64,000 nucleotides of DNA from Gammaproteobacteria bacterium (GCA_025355165.1 JANYAD010000048.1:15071-79070); one strand, 5' to 3'. Numbered from the stretch's first letter, positions 48,013 through 56,726 are shown. Program-made: numbers and translations. The notes: generated from the sequence alone by a model not told the origin.

Positions 48013-48546
48013 TTGATAGATATCAGGCTGTATGTGCGCCGGCTGGAGCATTTCGCAGAAGACTGCGGCGTTCCCGTGGTTCGAAATTGCCTGCAAGCGA
48101 ACGTCTTAGGGCGGGTCGAGCAGCGGCGCATCGTGCTGCGCACCGGGCTGAACCTCGAACAGCAGTTATTGACGCTGGTGCACGAACTGACTCATCTGAC
48201 GATTCACCGCAATGCCCGACCCTCCATCAACCGCACCATTTGCGAGTACGAGGCCGAAGCGGTGGAAAGATGGGTGGGCGCCGCTCTCGGCGTGAGGCCG
48301 TGGGTCGATGATGAGTTCGACGCATCGAGCATCACTGACGATCTACTGGCGTGTTCGGTTTTGCGAGTTCGATGGGCGGCCTGCAAGCTGCTGAACGTCG
48401 CAAGAGCAAGCGATATTCCTGTGGATGAGATTCAACTAGAGACGCAAACCCCCGTCGAGGTCGATGCATCGTCCCGTGAAAAAATCATTTTCAATGATGA
48501 ACTGTGTGGCATGCGCGATTTCATCGGGTTGACCGAGCCGCTTTAG
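48013..48546 (+). CDS. ImmA/IrrE-like (DUF955) zinc metallopeptidase-domain protein
   Basis: 177 aa with a TTG start. ...GVPVVRNCLQANVLGRVEQRRIVLRTGLNLEQQLLTLVHELTHLTIH....CEYEAEAVERWV fits the ImmA pattern (HExxH plus a downstream E.EA). The last 111 nt overlap the 3' end of the convergent SDR gene. Confidence 0.55.
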   Translation: MIDIRLYVRRLEHFAEDCGVPVVRNCLQANVLGRVEQRRIVLRTGLNLEQQLLTLVHELTHLTIHRNARPSINRTICEYEAEAVERWVGAALGVRPWVDDEFDASSITDDLLACSVLRVRWAACKLLNVARASDIPVDEIQLETQTPVEVDASSREKIIFNDELCGMRDFIGLTEPL

Positions 48547-49197
48547 CGGCACCGGCGCGATCACCTTTTCCAGCACTTCGGGCTTCATCGAGGCCAAGAT
48601 ATCGGTGTGCGTGAATCCTGGGGCCACGCATCCTACTCGAATGCCGTAGCGCGCGAGTTCCTTCGCCCACACAACCGTCATCGACGCCACGCCTGATTTT
48701 GCCGCCGTGTAGTTGCTCTGACCTTGGTTACCATGCCGCGAGATACTGGAAATATTGACGATGACTCCGCCCTTGGCGAGCTTGACCATGCGCGCGGCGG
48801 CCTCGCGCGCGCATAAAAACACTCCGGTTAGATTCACGTCGATAACCGCTTGCCACTGTTGCAAGGTCATTTTGCCGACGACCTCGCCATCCTTGACTTT
48901 GAGCAGCAGCGCATCTTTGACGATGCCGGCGTTGTTCACGATGACATCGAGGGCGCCAAAATCTTTCACGACTTGATCGAGCGCAGCGGACACCTGGTTT
49001 TCGACTGAGACGTCGGTCGCATAGGCCATCGCGCGCACGCCGAGCGCCGCGCATTGCTTCAGCGCAGGCTCTAGATCCGCTGCGTTCAGATCCAGCAGCG
49101 CAATATTCGCACCCTGAGCAGCGAATCGTTGCGCGAGTGCGCGACCGATACCGCGGGCGGCCCCAGTGATAACGACGGTTTTATCTTTGATTTGCAT
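48436..49197 (-). CDS. Short-chain dehydrogenase/reductase, FabG-like 3-oxoacyl reductase
   Basis: 253 aa: VVITGAARGIG, NNAGI, NISSISRHGNQGQSNYTAAKSG. It starts 36 nt downstream of phaR on the same strand. Confidence 0.9.
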   Translation of the reverse strand: MQIKDKTVVITGAARGIGRALAQRFAAQGANIALLDLNAADLEPALKQCAALGVRAMAYATDVSVENQVSAALDQVVKDFGALDVIVNNAGIVKDALLLKVKDGEVVGKMTLQQWQAVIDVNLTGVFLCAREAAARMVKLAKGGVIVNISSISRHGNQGQSNYTAAKSGVASMTVVWAKELARYGIRVGCVAPGFTHTDILASMKPEVLEKVIAPVPLKRLGQPDEIAHATQFIIENDFFTGRCIDLDGGLRL

Positions 49198-49233
49198 TTG
49201 GCTTATCTCATCGCTACAGCGACGCTCACTCTC

Positions 49234-49734
49234 TTACTTTTTGTCGGAGTCCTTCGAATTGTCGTCCTCGGCCGGGGGCGACTTTGGTTTCGAGGGCGTG
49301 AACGCCGATAGCACCGAGGCCTGCATCTTTGACCACTGCTCCATGTTCTGGCGCGCGAATTCCGCCATCGGCGCCATAGGGTTCTCCATTACCTTGGCCA
49401 TTTCTGCCCGCATGGCCTGTTGTTGGCGCGCGATCGCGCCAACACTTTGTTCCATATATCGGGTCAACATTTCCTGAACCGGATTGCCGTAGAAACGGAT
49501 GATCCCCTCCAACAATTCGGTACTGAGCACCGGCGTGCCGAATTGTTCCTGTTCGGAAATCACCTGCAATAGCACCGCGCGTGTGAGATCGTCGCCTGAC
49601 TTATCATCCACCACCTTTACTTTCTCGCCGGAGACGATCATTTTGCGGATGTCGTCCAAGGTGACGTGGCGGCTGCCGGTCGAATCGTAAAGTCGACGGT
49701 TGGCGTATTTTTTGATGACTCGTTCTTTCGACAT
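49234..49734 (-). CDS. phaR: PHA synthesis repressor PhaR
   Basis: 166 aa. MSKERVIKKYANRRLYDSTGSRHVTLDDIRKMI..GEKVKVVDDKSGDDLTRAVLLQVI.EQE is the canonical PhaR N-terminus. Confidence 0.95.
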   Translation of the reverse strand: MSKERVIKKYANRRLYDSTGSRHVTLDDIRKMIVSGEKVKVVDDKSGDDLTRAVLLQVISEQEQFGTPVLSTELLEGIIRFYGNPVQEMLTRYMEQSVGAIARQQQAMRAEMAKVMENPMAPMAEFARQNMEQWSKMQASVLSAFTPSKPKSPPAEDDNSKDSDKK

Positions 49735-49801
49735 AATGTACTACCCCAACCAGCAAAAGCGACTTCCCGGCGTTTGCGCACGCTCCAAGCATAACGCTTT
49801 T

Positions 49802-49818
49802 AGTATGCGTTGCACAAT
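49802..49818. promoter_or_regulatory. Candidate PhaR operator, copy 2, in the phaR / phaE-phaC divergent intergenic region
   Basis: The plus strand AGTATGCGTTGCACAAT matches 14 of 17 positions with 47851..47867. Aligned on the minus strand, it sits over a GTGCAA-16 nt-TATGCT promoter-like element with the same geometry as the phaP promoter. Confidence 0.45.
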
Positions 49819-49881
49819 TAGCAATTGGTGTGAAATATACCGCATATTCCATGAGTTTATTGCGCCGCACAGAAGGTCGCA

Positions 49882-50595
49882 ATGACCGCTAACAGTGCGA
49901 CTATGGGGCCAACGCCAGCGATGCTTGCGGCATGGGATAACTACGCGGCGCTTTGCCAGATCATCTTCGAGAGTCTTAGGGACCCGACGGCGACAACGGC
50001 TTCAACTCAGTCCCTGCCTTTATTGGGAGCCTGGCAGGATCTGGCCAAGATGTGGGGGATGGGCCCTGGGTTTGCGGCAGCCGCTCCGCTCACCTCGGAG
50101 CAGGTGTCAGCCAGACTTATTCCTGCGCTGGGGTATACGCGCGAATATCAAATAGTCGTGCAGCGCATGATTGACTTGGGAATGGAATTTCAACGGCGCT
50201 ACGCCGAGTTCATGCAGCAAAGCGCTGAAATTACTCAGACGGCATTGCAGGCTGTCCAAAACCGGACCACATCTGATATGAATCTGGCAAGTTCGCCTGC
50301 GGCTCTCTACGAATCCTGGATCGATAGTGCCGAGACAGCCTATGCTCAGGCTGCTCACAGTGAGAAGTTTGCGCGCACGCTCGCAGAGCTGTGCAATCTA
50401 TTGAGCAGCTTCAAGGTCGAGCGCGGAAAATTAGTGGAAGCATTCGCTCGACAAATGGATTTGCCGAGCAGGGCGGAGGTCGACAGTCTGCATCGGCAGG
50501 TTCGCGAACTGACCATGGCCTTGCGTAATGCAAATTCGCCGGGGAAGCGGCCACCTCGGACACCTCGCAAGCGGCTCAAGGCGCCCCGCCAGTGA
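49882..50595 (+). CDS. phaE: Class III PHA synthase subunit PhaE
   Basis: 237 aa, after GAAGG. The C-terminal LPSRAEVDSLHRQVRELTMAL resembles the conserved PhaE box. The stop overlaps the start of the class III phaC (GTGA). Confidence 0.75.
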   Translation: MTANSATMGPTPAMLAAWDNYAALCQIIFESLRDPTATTASTQSLPLLGAWQDLAKMWGMGPGFAAAAPLTSEQVSARLIPALGYTREYQIVVQRMIDLGMEFQRRYAEFMQQSAEITQTALQAVQNRTTSDMNLASSPAALYESWIDSAETAYAQAAHSEKFARTLAELCNLLSSFKVERGKLVEAFARQMDLPSRAEVDSLHRQVRELTMALRNANSPGKRPPRTPRKRLKAPRQ

Positions 50596-51647
50596 GCGAC
50601 ATTGCACATCTGCTGTCCCGGTTGCTCGAAGAAGGCGCGAGTATGCAGGAGCAAGCGCGCGCTACAGCGCACGCGCTGCGCGGCATCGGTGAGGTCCAAG
50701 TAGGCTTATTGGACAAAGAACGGGTTTACACCGACAACAAGGTTCAGTTGTACCACTACGCCCCCAAAGCAAGATCGGCAGGGCTGCCTCCGCTGCTAAT
50801 TTGTTATGCCATGGTCAATCGCCCCTACATGTTGGACCTGCAGCCGGACCGATCGCTCATTCGCGAGCTGCTCTCACTGGGTGTGGATGTGTATCTGATC
50901 GACTGGGGTTATCCGGACGGCGCCGATCGGTTCATCCCCTTGGAGGAGTACATCTGCGGTTATCTAGACCGCTGCGTCCATCACATACTTGAGAAGCATT
51001 CAATTGATTGCATCAATCTGCTGGGCATCTGCCAAGGCGGCACGTTCAGCCTTTGCTACGCGGCACTCAAGCCGCTGCGAGTCGCAAACCTAATTACCAT
51101 GGTTACACCGGTGGATTTCAAGACCCCGGAGAATTTGCTGTCGAAATGGGTGCAATACATCGATATGGATCTCTTGACGCAATCAGGCAATGTTTCGGGA
51201 GAATTCCTGAACATGATCTTTCTTGCGCTGATGCCGTTCCGTTTGACGCAGCAGAAGTACGTTAACTTGCTGCACGCGAACTCCGATCGAGCGCAGTTGG
51301 AGAATTTTATGCGTATGGAAAAATGGATTTTCGACAGTCCGGATCAGCCCGCGCGTGCATGCCGGGAGTTCGTGCAGTGGTTTTTTCAGGATAACCGGCT
51401 GATTCGCGGCGAGCTCGAACTGGCTGCCACGTCGGTGCGCCTGAAAAACATCACGTGCCCGGTGTTGAATATCTACGCCGCAAAAGATCACCTTGTACCG
51501 CCGAGCGCGAGCGTCTCACTCGGTGCACACATCAGCAGCAAGAAATACCAGTCGCTGCAAGTCGACGTCGGACATATTGGAATTTATGTCAGCGGCAAAG
51601 CACGCAAGACGGTGCCGCACGCTATTTTCAATTGGTTACACGCCTAA
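50592..51647 (+). CDS. phaC: Class III PHA synthase catalytic subunit PhaC
   Basis: 351 aa, a length typical of class III. The lipase box is LLGICQGGTF. It is translationally coupled to phaE. Confidence 0.9.
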   Translation: MSDIAHLLSRLLEEGASMQEQARATAHALRGIGEVQVGLLDKERVYTDNKVQLYHYAPKARSAGLPPLLICYAMVNRPYMLDLQPDRSLIRELLSLGVDVYLIDWGYPDGADRFIPLEEYICGYLDRCVHHILEKHSIDCINLLGICQGGTFSLCYAALKPLRVANLITMVTPVDFKTPENLLSKWVQYIDMDLLTQSGNVSGEFLNMIFLALMPFRLTQQKYVNLLHANSDRAQLENFMRMEKWIFDSPDQPARACREFVQWFFQDNRLIRGELELAATSVRLKNITCPVLNIYAAKDHLVPPSASVSLGAHISSKKYQSLQVDVGHIGIYVSGKARKTVPHAIFNWLHA

Positions 51648-51864
51648 TTGTCAGTGCTTAGTTGCGCTATTTGGGGGCGCGGACCGGATTTCAGGCGATT
51701 ACACGTGTCAGACGAAGACGACCTGAAGATCCTACACTTCCCTTGACTTCACCACATGCGGGATGTGGGTAAAATAAGCTCAGTGAAGAGATACTAACTT
51801 TAGTCTGCCAGCTAGTTGAACTGGCGACATGAGTCTCCACATGAAGGGTAAACGAGGACTAGAT

Positions 51865-52134
51865 ATGAGACGGCTATTCAGGCTTTGGCGAGTGGGCGGC
51901 CAAGATTTGCGAATTCTCTTCGCGGCATTGCGACAACGCGACCGCCCCCTGTGGCTCATGCCGGCGGCCCTGCTGCTGGTCTTTTTTGCGCTTGAGCCCC
52001 TTAATTTTGCCTTCCCCGTTCTCGGCGTCGTGGACGACTTTCTCGTTTTGCCGTTATTGTTGCGCGCGTTGGTAAAAATTGCAGTGCCGGCGATTCGAGC
52101 GAAGCAAGACGACCGGGTCGTTTCCGTCCAATGA
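51865..52134 (+). CDS. DUF1232 (YkvA-like) small membrane protein
   Basis: The ATG at 51865 follows GAGGA. PVLGVVDDFLVLPLLL fits the DUF1232 signature (P.lG..DD..v). Confidence 0.65.
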   Translation: MRRLFRLWRVGGQDLRILFAALRQRDRPLWLMPAALLLVFFALEPLNFAFPVLGVVDDFLVLPLLLRALVKIAVPAIRAKQDDRVVSVQ

Positions 52135-52309
52135 CCGTTCGTGATCAGCTTAGTTGAAGCGCTACCGCAATAAGCAGTCGCTTTCGATCATTCAACAGCA
52201 TCGGGGGCCCGCGTCTTGGTGTACGCAGCGAGCATCGGTGTGCGCCAGCTGGACACTTTGACAACCGACAGCCGAGTCCATAAGCTCGTTCGGCAAATAT
52301 GTTGATCGG

Positions 52310-53125
52310 ATGTCACTACGAAGGGATCATTCCACTATGACAACGGGCAACAAGAAAATATTTTGGCATCGCAATGACGCAATTCGTGTTGTGCCCCTGC
52401 ATGCTCCTCAGTCACTCAAACCGGCCGACGCACAGGCTAGCGCAAGTACGACGCCAGCCAAACTCACTTATAGAAACGGGCCGCTGCTCTCGTCAGTCGA
52501 GGTGTTTACGATATTTTGGGGTGACCCCTGGCAGGCTGCTCAAGCGGGGCTGGTCACGCAACTTAACGGCTTCTTCGATTTCATCCTGAGCAGTGCGCTC
52601 ATTGACCAGTTAGCGGAATACAGCGTACCTGCGTACAAAATCGGGCGAGGAAAGCGCTCGGGTAGCATCACGATTACATCACCGGCAACCTCTGCGTCAG
52701 TTTCGGACAGCGCCATTCAGCACATGCTTCAGACTCTCGTGTCCAGTCATGCGGACGTGCCTGCGCCAACTCCTAATACTCTGTATTTCATTTACTTGCC
52801 CCCTGGCGTCAAGGTGGTTCAAGGGGGCGGGGCTTCGTGCCAGGCATTTTGCGGTTATCACAACGACATTTCCGGGCAAATATTTTATGCAGTGATGCCA
52901 TACCCGGGATGTAGTGGATGTACCGGCGGTCTGGCGGCATTTGATGCGCTCACTTCAACGAGTTCGCACGAGCTGTGCGAAGCAATTACGGATCCGATCC
53001 CGGGACAGGGGTGGTATGACGACGTCAATGGTGAGATTGGCGATATTTGTGCATGGAAAACCAAGCTGATCGGCGCCTATACCGTGCAATTGGAGTGGTC
53101 CAATAGCGCTAATCAATGCATGTAG
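52310..53125 (+). CDS. Hypothetical protein with a Cys-rich C-terminal half and an SHELCEAITDP motif; no signal peptide seen
   Basis: 271 aa (alternative ATG at 52337): LTYRNGPLLSSVEVFTIFWGDPW, ASCQAFCGYHND, PGCSGCTG, SHELCEAITDP, DICAW, NQCM. I recognise no family. Confidence 0.55.
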   Translation: MSLRRDHSTMTTGNKKIFWHRNDAIRVVPLHAPQSLKPADAQASASTTPAKLTYRNGPLLSSVEVFTIFWGDPWQAAQAGLVTQLNGFFDFILSSALIDQLAEYSVPAYKIGRGKRSGSITITSPATSASVSDSAIQHMLQTLVSSHADVPAPTPNTLYFIYLPPGVKVVQGGGASCQAFCGYHNDISGQIFYAVMPYPGCSGCTGGLAAFDALTSTSSHELCEAITDPIPGQGWYDDVNGEIGDICAWKTKLIGAYTVQLEWSNSANQCM

Positions 53126-53215
53126 CGCATCGCAGGACATCCTCCTGCGCGTTTGCACTGTGGCACTCAGGTCTGCGCCCTTAACCAACGGTGTGGGGAT
53201 ACCGCCTGCACGACA

Positions 53216-54337
53216 TCAGGGGCTAGGGGAATGCTGCGCGGCATCAAGCTGCGAGAAAGTGGCTGTTCCGATAGCGTAATCGCCCCAATCTTTATAGTCG
53301 AAATGCCACCACTCTTCGGGATACACGATAAAGCCCTGCGCTTGCATTTCGCTGCGCAGCAGATCCCGCAGCCAACGTTGACGGCTGGTGCCCCCGACGT
53401 AATCCGCGTAGGAGCGCGGCGACATCTCGTCATACCTTCCGGTCATCTGGACAGCTTGGCCCGACTTCAGCTCATACAGGGTGAGATCAACGGCACAGCC
53501 GCGGTTGTGCCGCGACCCCTTCGACGGGTCGGCTACGAAGAGGTGTGCCGATTCAGGGGTGGCATCCCAGAACATCTTCGTAACGAACCAAGGCCGATAG
53601 CCGTCATAGACCAGTAATCCATAGCCCCGCCACGCGAGTGCTCGCTGAACACGGACCAGCGCTTCGGCCGCCGGACGTTGGAGGTAGGCAGCCGGCCACT
53701 CATAGAGAGGGAACCCAATGAAGTTATTAGAACTGGCATAACGAATGTCGAATTTGATGTTCGGATCGACAGCCGCCAGATTGACAAGGTCGAACTCGCG
53801 CTTTGGCGCCGGCTCAATGGGTGGTTTGGCCGCCAACGCTGCGTTACGCAGCCGTTGCGGATCGGCATTGACGCCACCTCTAATCGTTTCTATTACTTCA
53901 CGTGAAATGTCCCTGAGCGGCAGCCGGGCGCCTCTGAAGGTAACTGCGGAGGCTCGCTGGCCTTGATCCAGTTCAAAGTCTAAGCGAGTCGCCGGGCCGT
54001 GGGTCCCGACGATGACAAACTGCATCGCAGATAATCGCCGCAGGGGCACCCCGTGCATTCCCAGCCCGTCTGCGAATAGGTTTCCGCCAGCTTCACCGAT
54101 AGTCAGTCGTGTGTCTTGCGAGCCGTAATTCCCGGTATCTGCCGAGCTGTATTCGCCCAAAAGTCGCTTCAGATCTCGCGGCGCATCGTTGGGTAGACTT
54201 TCTCGCTCGGTAGGGCTATCCGGGCTGGGGTCTGCCCTCGCATCAATCGCCGCGATCAGCACCGCAACAGATAGGAATAGCAGTGCTGCCCATGTCTTGG
54301 CCGGATTATTCGCCGTTCGCGTCAGGAGAGAGAACAC
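53216..54337 (-). CDS. Exported VanX/DdpX-like D-Ala-D-Ala dipeptidase (M15D) with a ~170-aa N-terminal extension of unknown function
   Basis: The C-terminal domain reads FDIRYASSNNFIG, LLVYDGYRPW, SRHNRGCAVDLTL, EEWWHFDY (zinc and catalytic residues). The N-terminus has a signal-like AALLFLSVAVLIAAIDARA. I chose the GTG at 54337 so the gene does not overlap the upstream permease; this start is uncertain. Confidence 0.8.
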   Translation of the reverse strand: MFSLLTRTANNPAKTWAALLFLSVAVLIAAIDARADPSPDSPTERESLPNDAPRDLKRLLGEYSSADTGNYGSQDTRLTIGEAGGNLFADGLGMHGVPLRRLSAMQFVIVGTHGPATRLDFELDQGQRASAVTFRGARLPLRDISREVIETIRGGVNADPQRLRNAALAAKPPIEPAPKREFDLVNLAAVDPNIKFDIRYASSNNFIGFPLYEWPAAYLQRPAAEALVRVQRALAWRGYGLLVYDGYRPWFVTKMFWDATPESAHLFVADPSKGSRHNRGCAVDLTLYELKSGQAVQMTGRYDEMSPRSYADYVGGTSRQRWLRDLLRSEMQAQGFIVYPEEWWHFDYKDWGDYAIGTATFSQLDAAQHSPSP

Positions 54338-54360
54338 CGACGTTGAGCTCCTGGGGTTGC

Positions 54361-55539
54361 TTAGGCCGCGCGCAAAGCTTCCGCTACGGGCAGCCGTGCA
54401 GCACGCAGGGCCGGAAAGAAGCCCCCCAGCAGGCCGATGACGCAGGCCCAAGTGACGCCGGTGACAATCAAAGCCTGGGTAACCGTCAGCTTGAACACAA
54501 CCTGCGCAAATGCGCCGCCGAGGGTGCTCACGCTGTGCCCGTTGAAAAAGATCCAGGCAAAGGAGGCGCCGATCATGCCACCAAGCAACGACAACATCAG
54601 CGCTTCGATCATGACCGATAGCAGCACCGGCAACCCGCCGAAACCAATCGCCCGCAAGGTGGCGATTTCAAGGCCACGAGCCGCGACCGCCGAATACATC
54701 GTGTTCAGTGCGCCGAACATGGCGCCGATTGCCATGATGATGGCCACCGTGTTGCCGACGATATTGATAGTCTTGGTGAGCTGCTGGGACTGCGCTGCAT
54801 AGTAATCCGCTTCACGTTGCACGCTGACTTTCAGCTGCGGATCAGTGGTCAGCGCACCTTTGAACGCAGGGTACTCGGCCGGACTGCTGAGCAGCGCTAC
54901 CGCAGAGCTGTAGCCCCCACGTTCGATCGATGAGCTGACCGTATCGACGTCGGCCAATAACTCTGATTCATGGACATCGCCGTTGCTGGTAAAGACTCCA
55001 GTGACCGTCCAATCGGCGTTGCGTAGGTGCAGCACGTTTCCGACCTCCAGGCCGCGAAATTGTTTGGCGGCGCCTGCGCCAGCGATCAGCTGGCGAAGAG
55101 CGGGCCGAAACATTTGACCGCTGATGATCTTGAGCTCCGGCCGTACTTCGGTGACTCTCAAGCCGACACCGCGCAAGGTGACGTTGGCATCGGTGCCGGT
55201 GTCGACCTTCGGTACGTTTACCACGGTTACGATTTCGTTCGACAAAAGGGGTTCGCCGTTGCGGCCTTTGGCCAGACCCGGTGCGTTGGCGATGATGTCG
55301 ACATCCGCGCGCGTCAGGTTGCTGCTCAACTCGGCGTCGGAGCCGCCGCGAATGATGATCACTCGATCGGGGCGGCCGCTATCGGCCAACGTGTGGCGGA
55401 AACCTTCTCCCATCGCCAACACTGAAATCAACACCGCGACAACGCCGGCAATGCCGACGACAATGACGCTGGAGGCGCCGATACGCTGCGGCAGGGTTTG
55501 CAGGCTCATCGCGATCACGGCGAATAATTGCTTGAACAT
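54361..55539 (-). CDS. FtsX/MacB-type ABC permease, type A
   Basis: 392 aa with the same architecture as 39428..40600 and clear similarity along its length. Confidence 0.85.
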   Translation of the reverse strand: MFKQLFAVIAMSLQTLPQRIGASSVIVVGIAGVVAVLISVLAMGEGFRHTLADSGRPDRVIIIRGGSDAELSSNLTRADVDIIANAPGLAKGRNGEPLLSNEIVTVVNVPKVDTGTDANVTLRGVGLRVTEVRPELKIISGQMFRPALRQLIAGAGAAKQFRGLEVGNVLHLRNADWTVTGVFTSNGDVHESELLADVDTVSSSIERGGYSSAVALLSSPAEYPAFKGALTTDPQLKVSVQREADYYAAQSQQLTKTINIVGNTVAIIMAIGAMFGALNTMYSAVAARGLEIATLRAIGFGGLPVLLSVMIEALMLSLLGGMIGASFAWIFFNGHSVSTLGGAFAQVVFKLTVTQALIVTGVTWACVIGLLGGFFPALRAARLPVAEALRAA

Positions 55540-55562
55540 TGAATTCCCGAAATGAGTATCGA

Positions 55563-56726
55563 TCAGCGCTTTTTCGCCAACGCTTCGACGATATTAAGCC
55601 GCATGGCGCGAAGCGCGGGAGGCATGCCGACAATCAGTGCCAGTAATATCGCTGCGCCGATGCCGGGGATAAGTGCGATAGGCGACAATTCAACGCCTTG
55701 TAGGCCCTGCTTGATCACTGGCAGTGCGGCATAGCTCAGTGCCAGTCCCACTACCGCGGCAATCAGGCACAGCAGAAGAGCTTCGGCAAGAACTAAGGTG
55801 AGCACCTTGCCGTCGCCAAAGCCAAGCGTCTTGAGTACGGCCAGTTCGGGTATGCGCTCGCGCACCGATTGCATCATCGTATTGCCGGTCAAAAACAATA
55901 GAGTGAAAAACACCGCGCTTAAGATCGCGCGCAGCACGAAGCCGATATCGCCGATTTGCTTCACAAAAGTCATCGCGAAGTCGTTAGCCGGCTGAGTTTT
56001 AGTTTCGTTGGAAGAATTAGCGAACAACGCGTCGATTCGATTGGCGACATTCAAGGACTGTGAGGGATCGTTGATACGTTCCTCGAACCAGCCCACCGTG
56101 CCCTTGCCGAAGCTGCGTCCCTCGTCAAAGAGTTCGTAGTGGAACCATATGCTAGAGGCCTGCTGAGAAGCCTGAGTCGGATCTTTGGCATCAAAGCTGC
56201 CCACAATGTCGAAAGTCCAGTCGAGCGAGCCGTCTTTTTGCGTCCAGATGGTCGAATGCAGCGGCACCTTGTCGCCCACCTTCCAGCCGAATCGCTTCAT
56301 CAAGGCCGCATTGACCAGAGCGCCGGTACGCATGTTGCGGTACGCCTGCATCTGCTCATCATTGACGATGAATTCTCCTTGGTGCAGTTTGAAATAGGTT
56401 TCTGAGTCGATCGGCACTGCGAAGACAAAGTTCTTGGACTCTTGATAGTAGGCGCCAAACCAAGTCAACCAGGTGACTTCAGCCACGCCCGGCACGGAGC
56501 CAATTTGCTGCGTGTCGGAAAAAGGCAGCGACAGAACGATCGAATATTTATTGGTCGTAATCAGTTTGTCGGCACCGGTCACTCCGGCACCGGCATGCGA
56601 GAAGGCGTAATCGACGGTCTCGAGCACGCCGAACAATAAGAATGCGACGATGACCGACAGCAGTGTGAAGATGGTGCGGGCCTTCTTACGCCAAAGAGTA
56701 GCCCAGATGAGCGGAAAGTATTTCAT
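55563..56726 (-). CDS. FtsX/MacB-type ABC permease, type B
   Basis: The ATG at 56726 (MKYFPLIWATLWRKKART...) aligns with the start of paralog 40602..41744. Same architecture. Confidence 0.85.
   Translation of the reverse strand: MKYFPLIWATLWRKKARTIFTLLSVIVAFLLFGVLETVDYAFSHAGAGVTGADKLITTNKYSIVLSLPFSDTQQIGSVPGVAEVTWLTWFGAYYQESKNFVFAVPIDSETYFKLHQGEFIVNDEQMQAYRNMRTGALVNAALMKRFGWKVGDKVPLHSTIWTQKDGSLDWTFDIVGSFDAKDPTQASQQASSIWFHYELFDEGRSFGKGTVGWFEERINDPSQSLNVANRIDALFANSSNETKTQPANDFAMTFVKQIGDIGFVLRAILSAVFFTLLFLTGNTMMQSVRERIPELAVLKTLGFGDGKVLTLVLAEALLLCLIAAVVGLALSYAALPVIKQGLQGVELSPIALIPGIGAAILLALIVGMPPALRAMRLNIVEALAKKR

Noticed and set aside
48078-48085. GGTTCGAA, a tRNA T-loop-like octamer.
   Set aside because: It lies inside the ImmA-like coding sequence, and I could not fold a flanking acceptor or anticodon stem by eye.
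51742-51774. A promoter-like TTGACT … TAAAAT upstream of the DUF1232 gene.
   Set aside because: The spacer is 21 nt, too long for a sigma-70 promoter. No better -10 hexamer sits at the correct distance.
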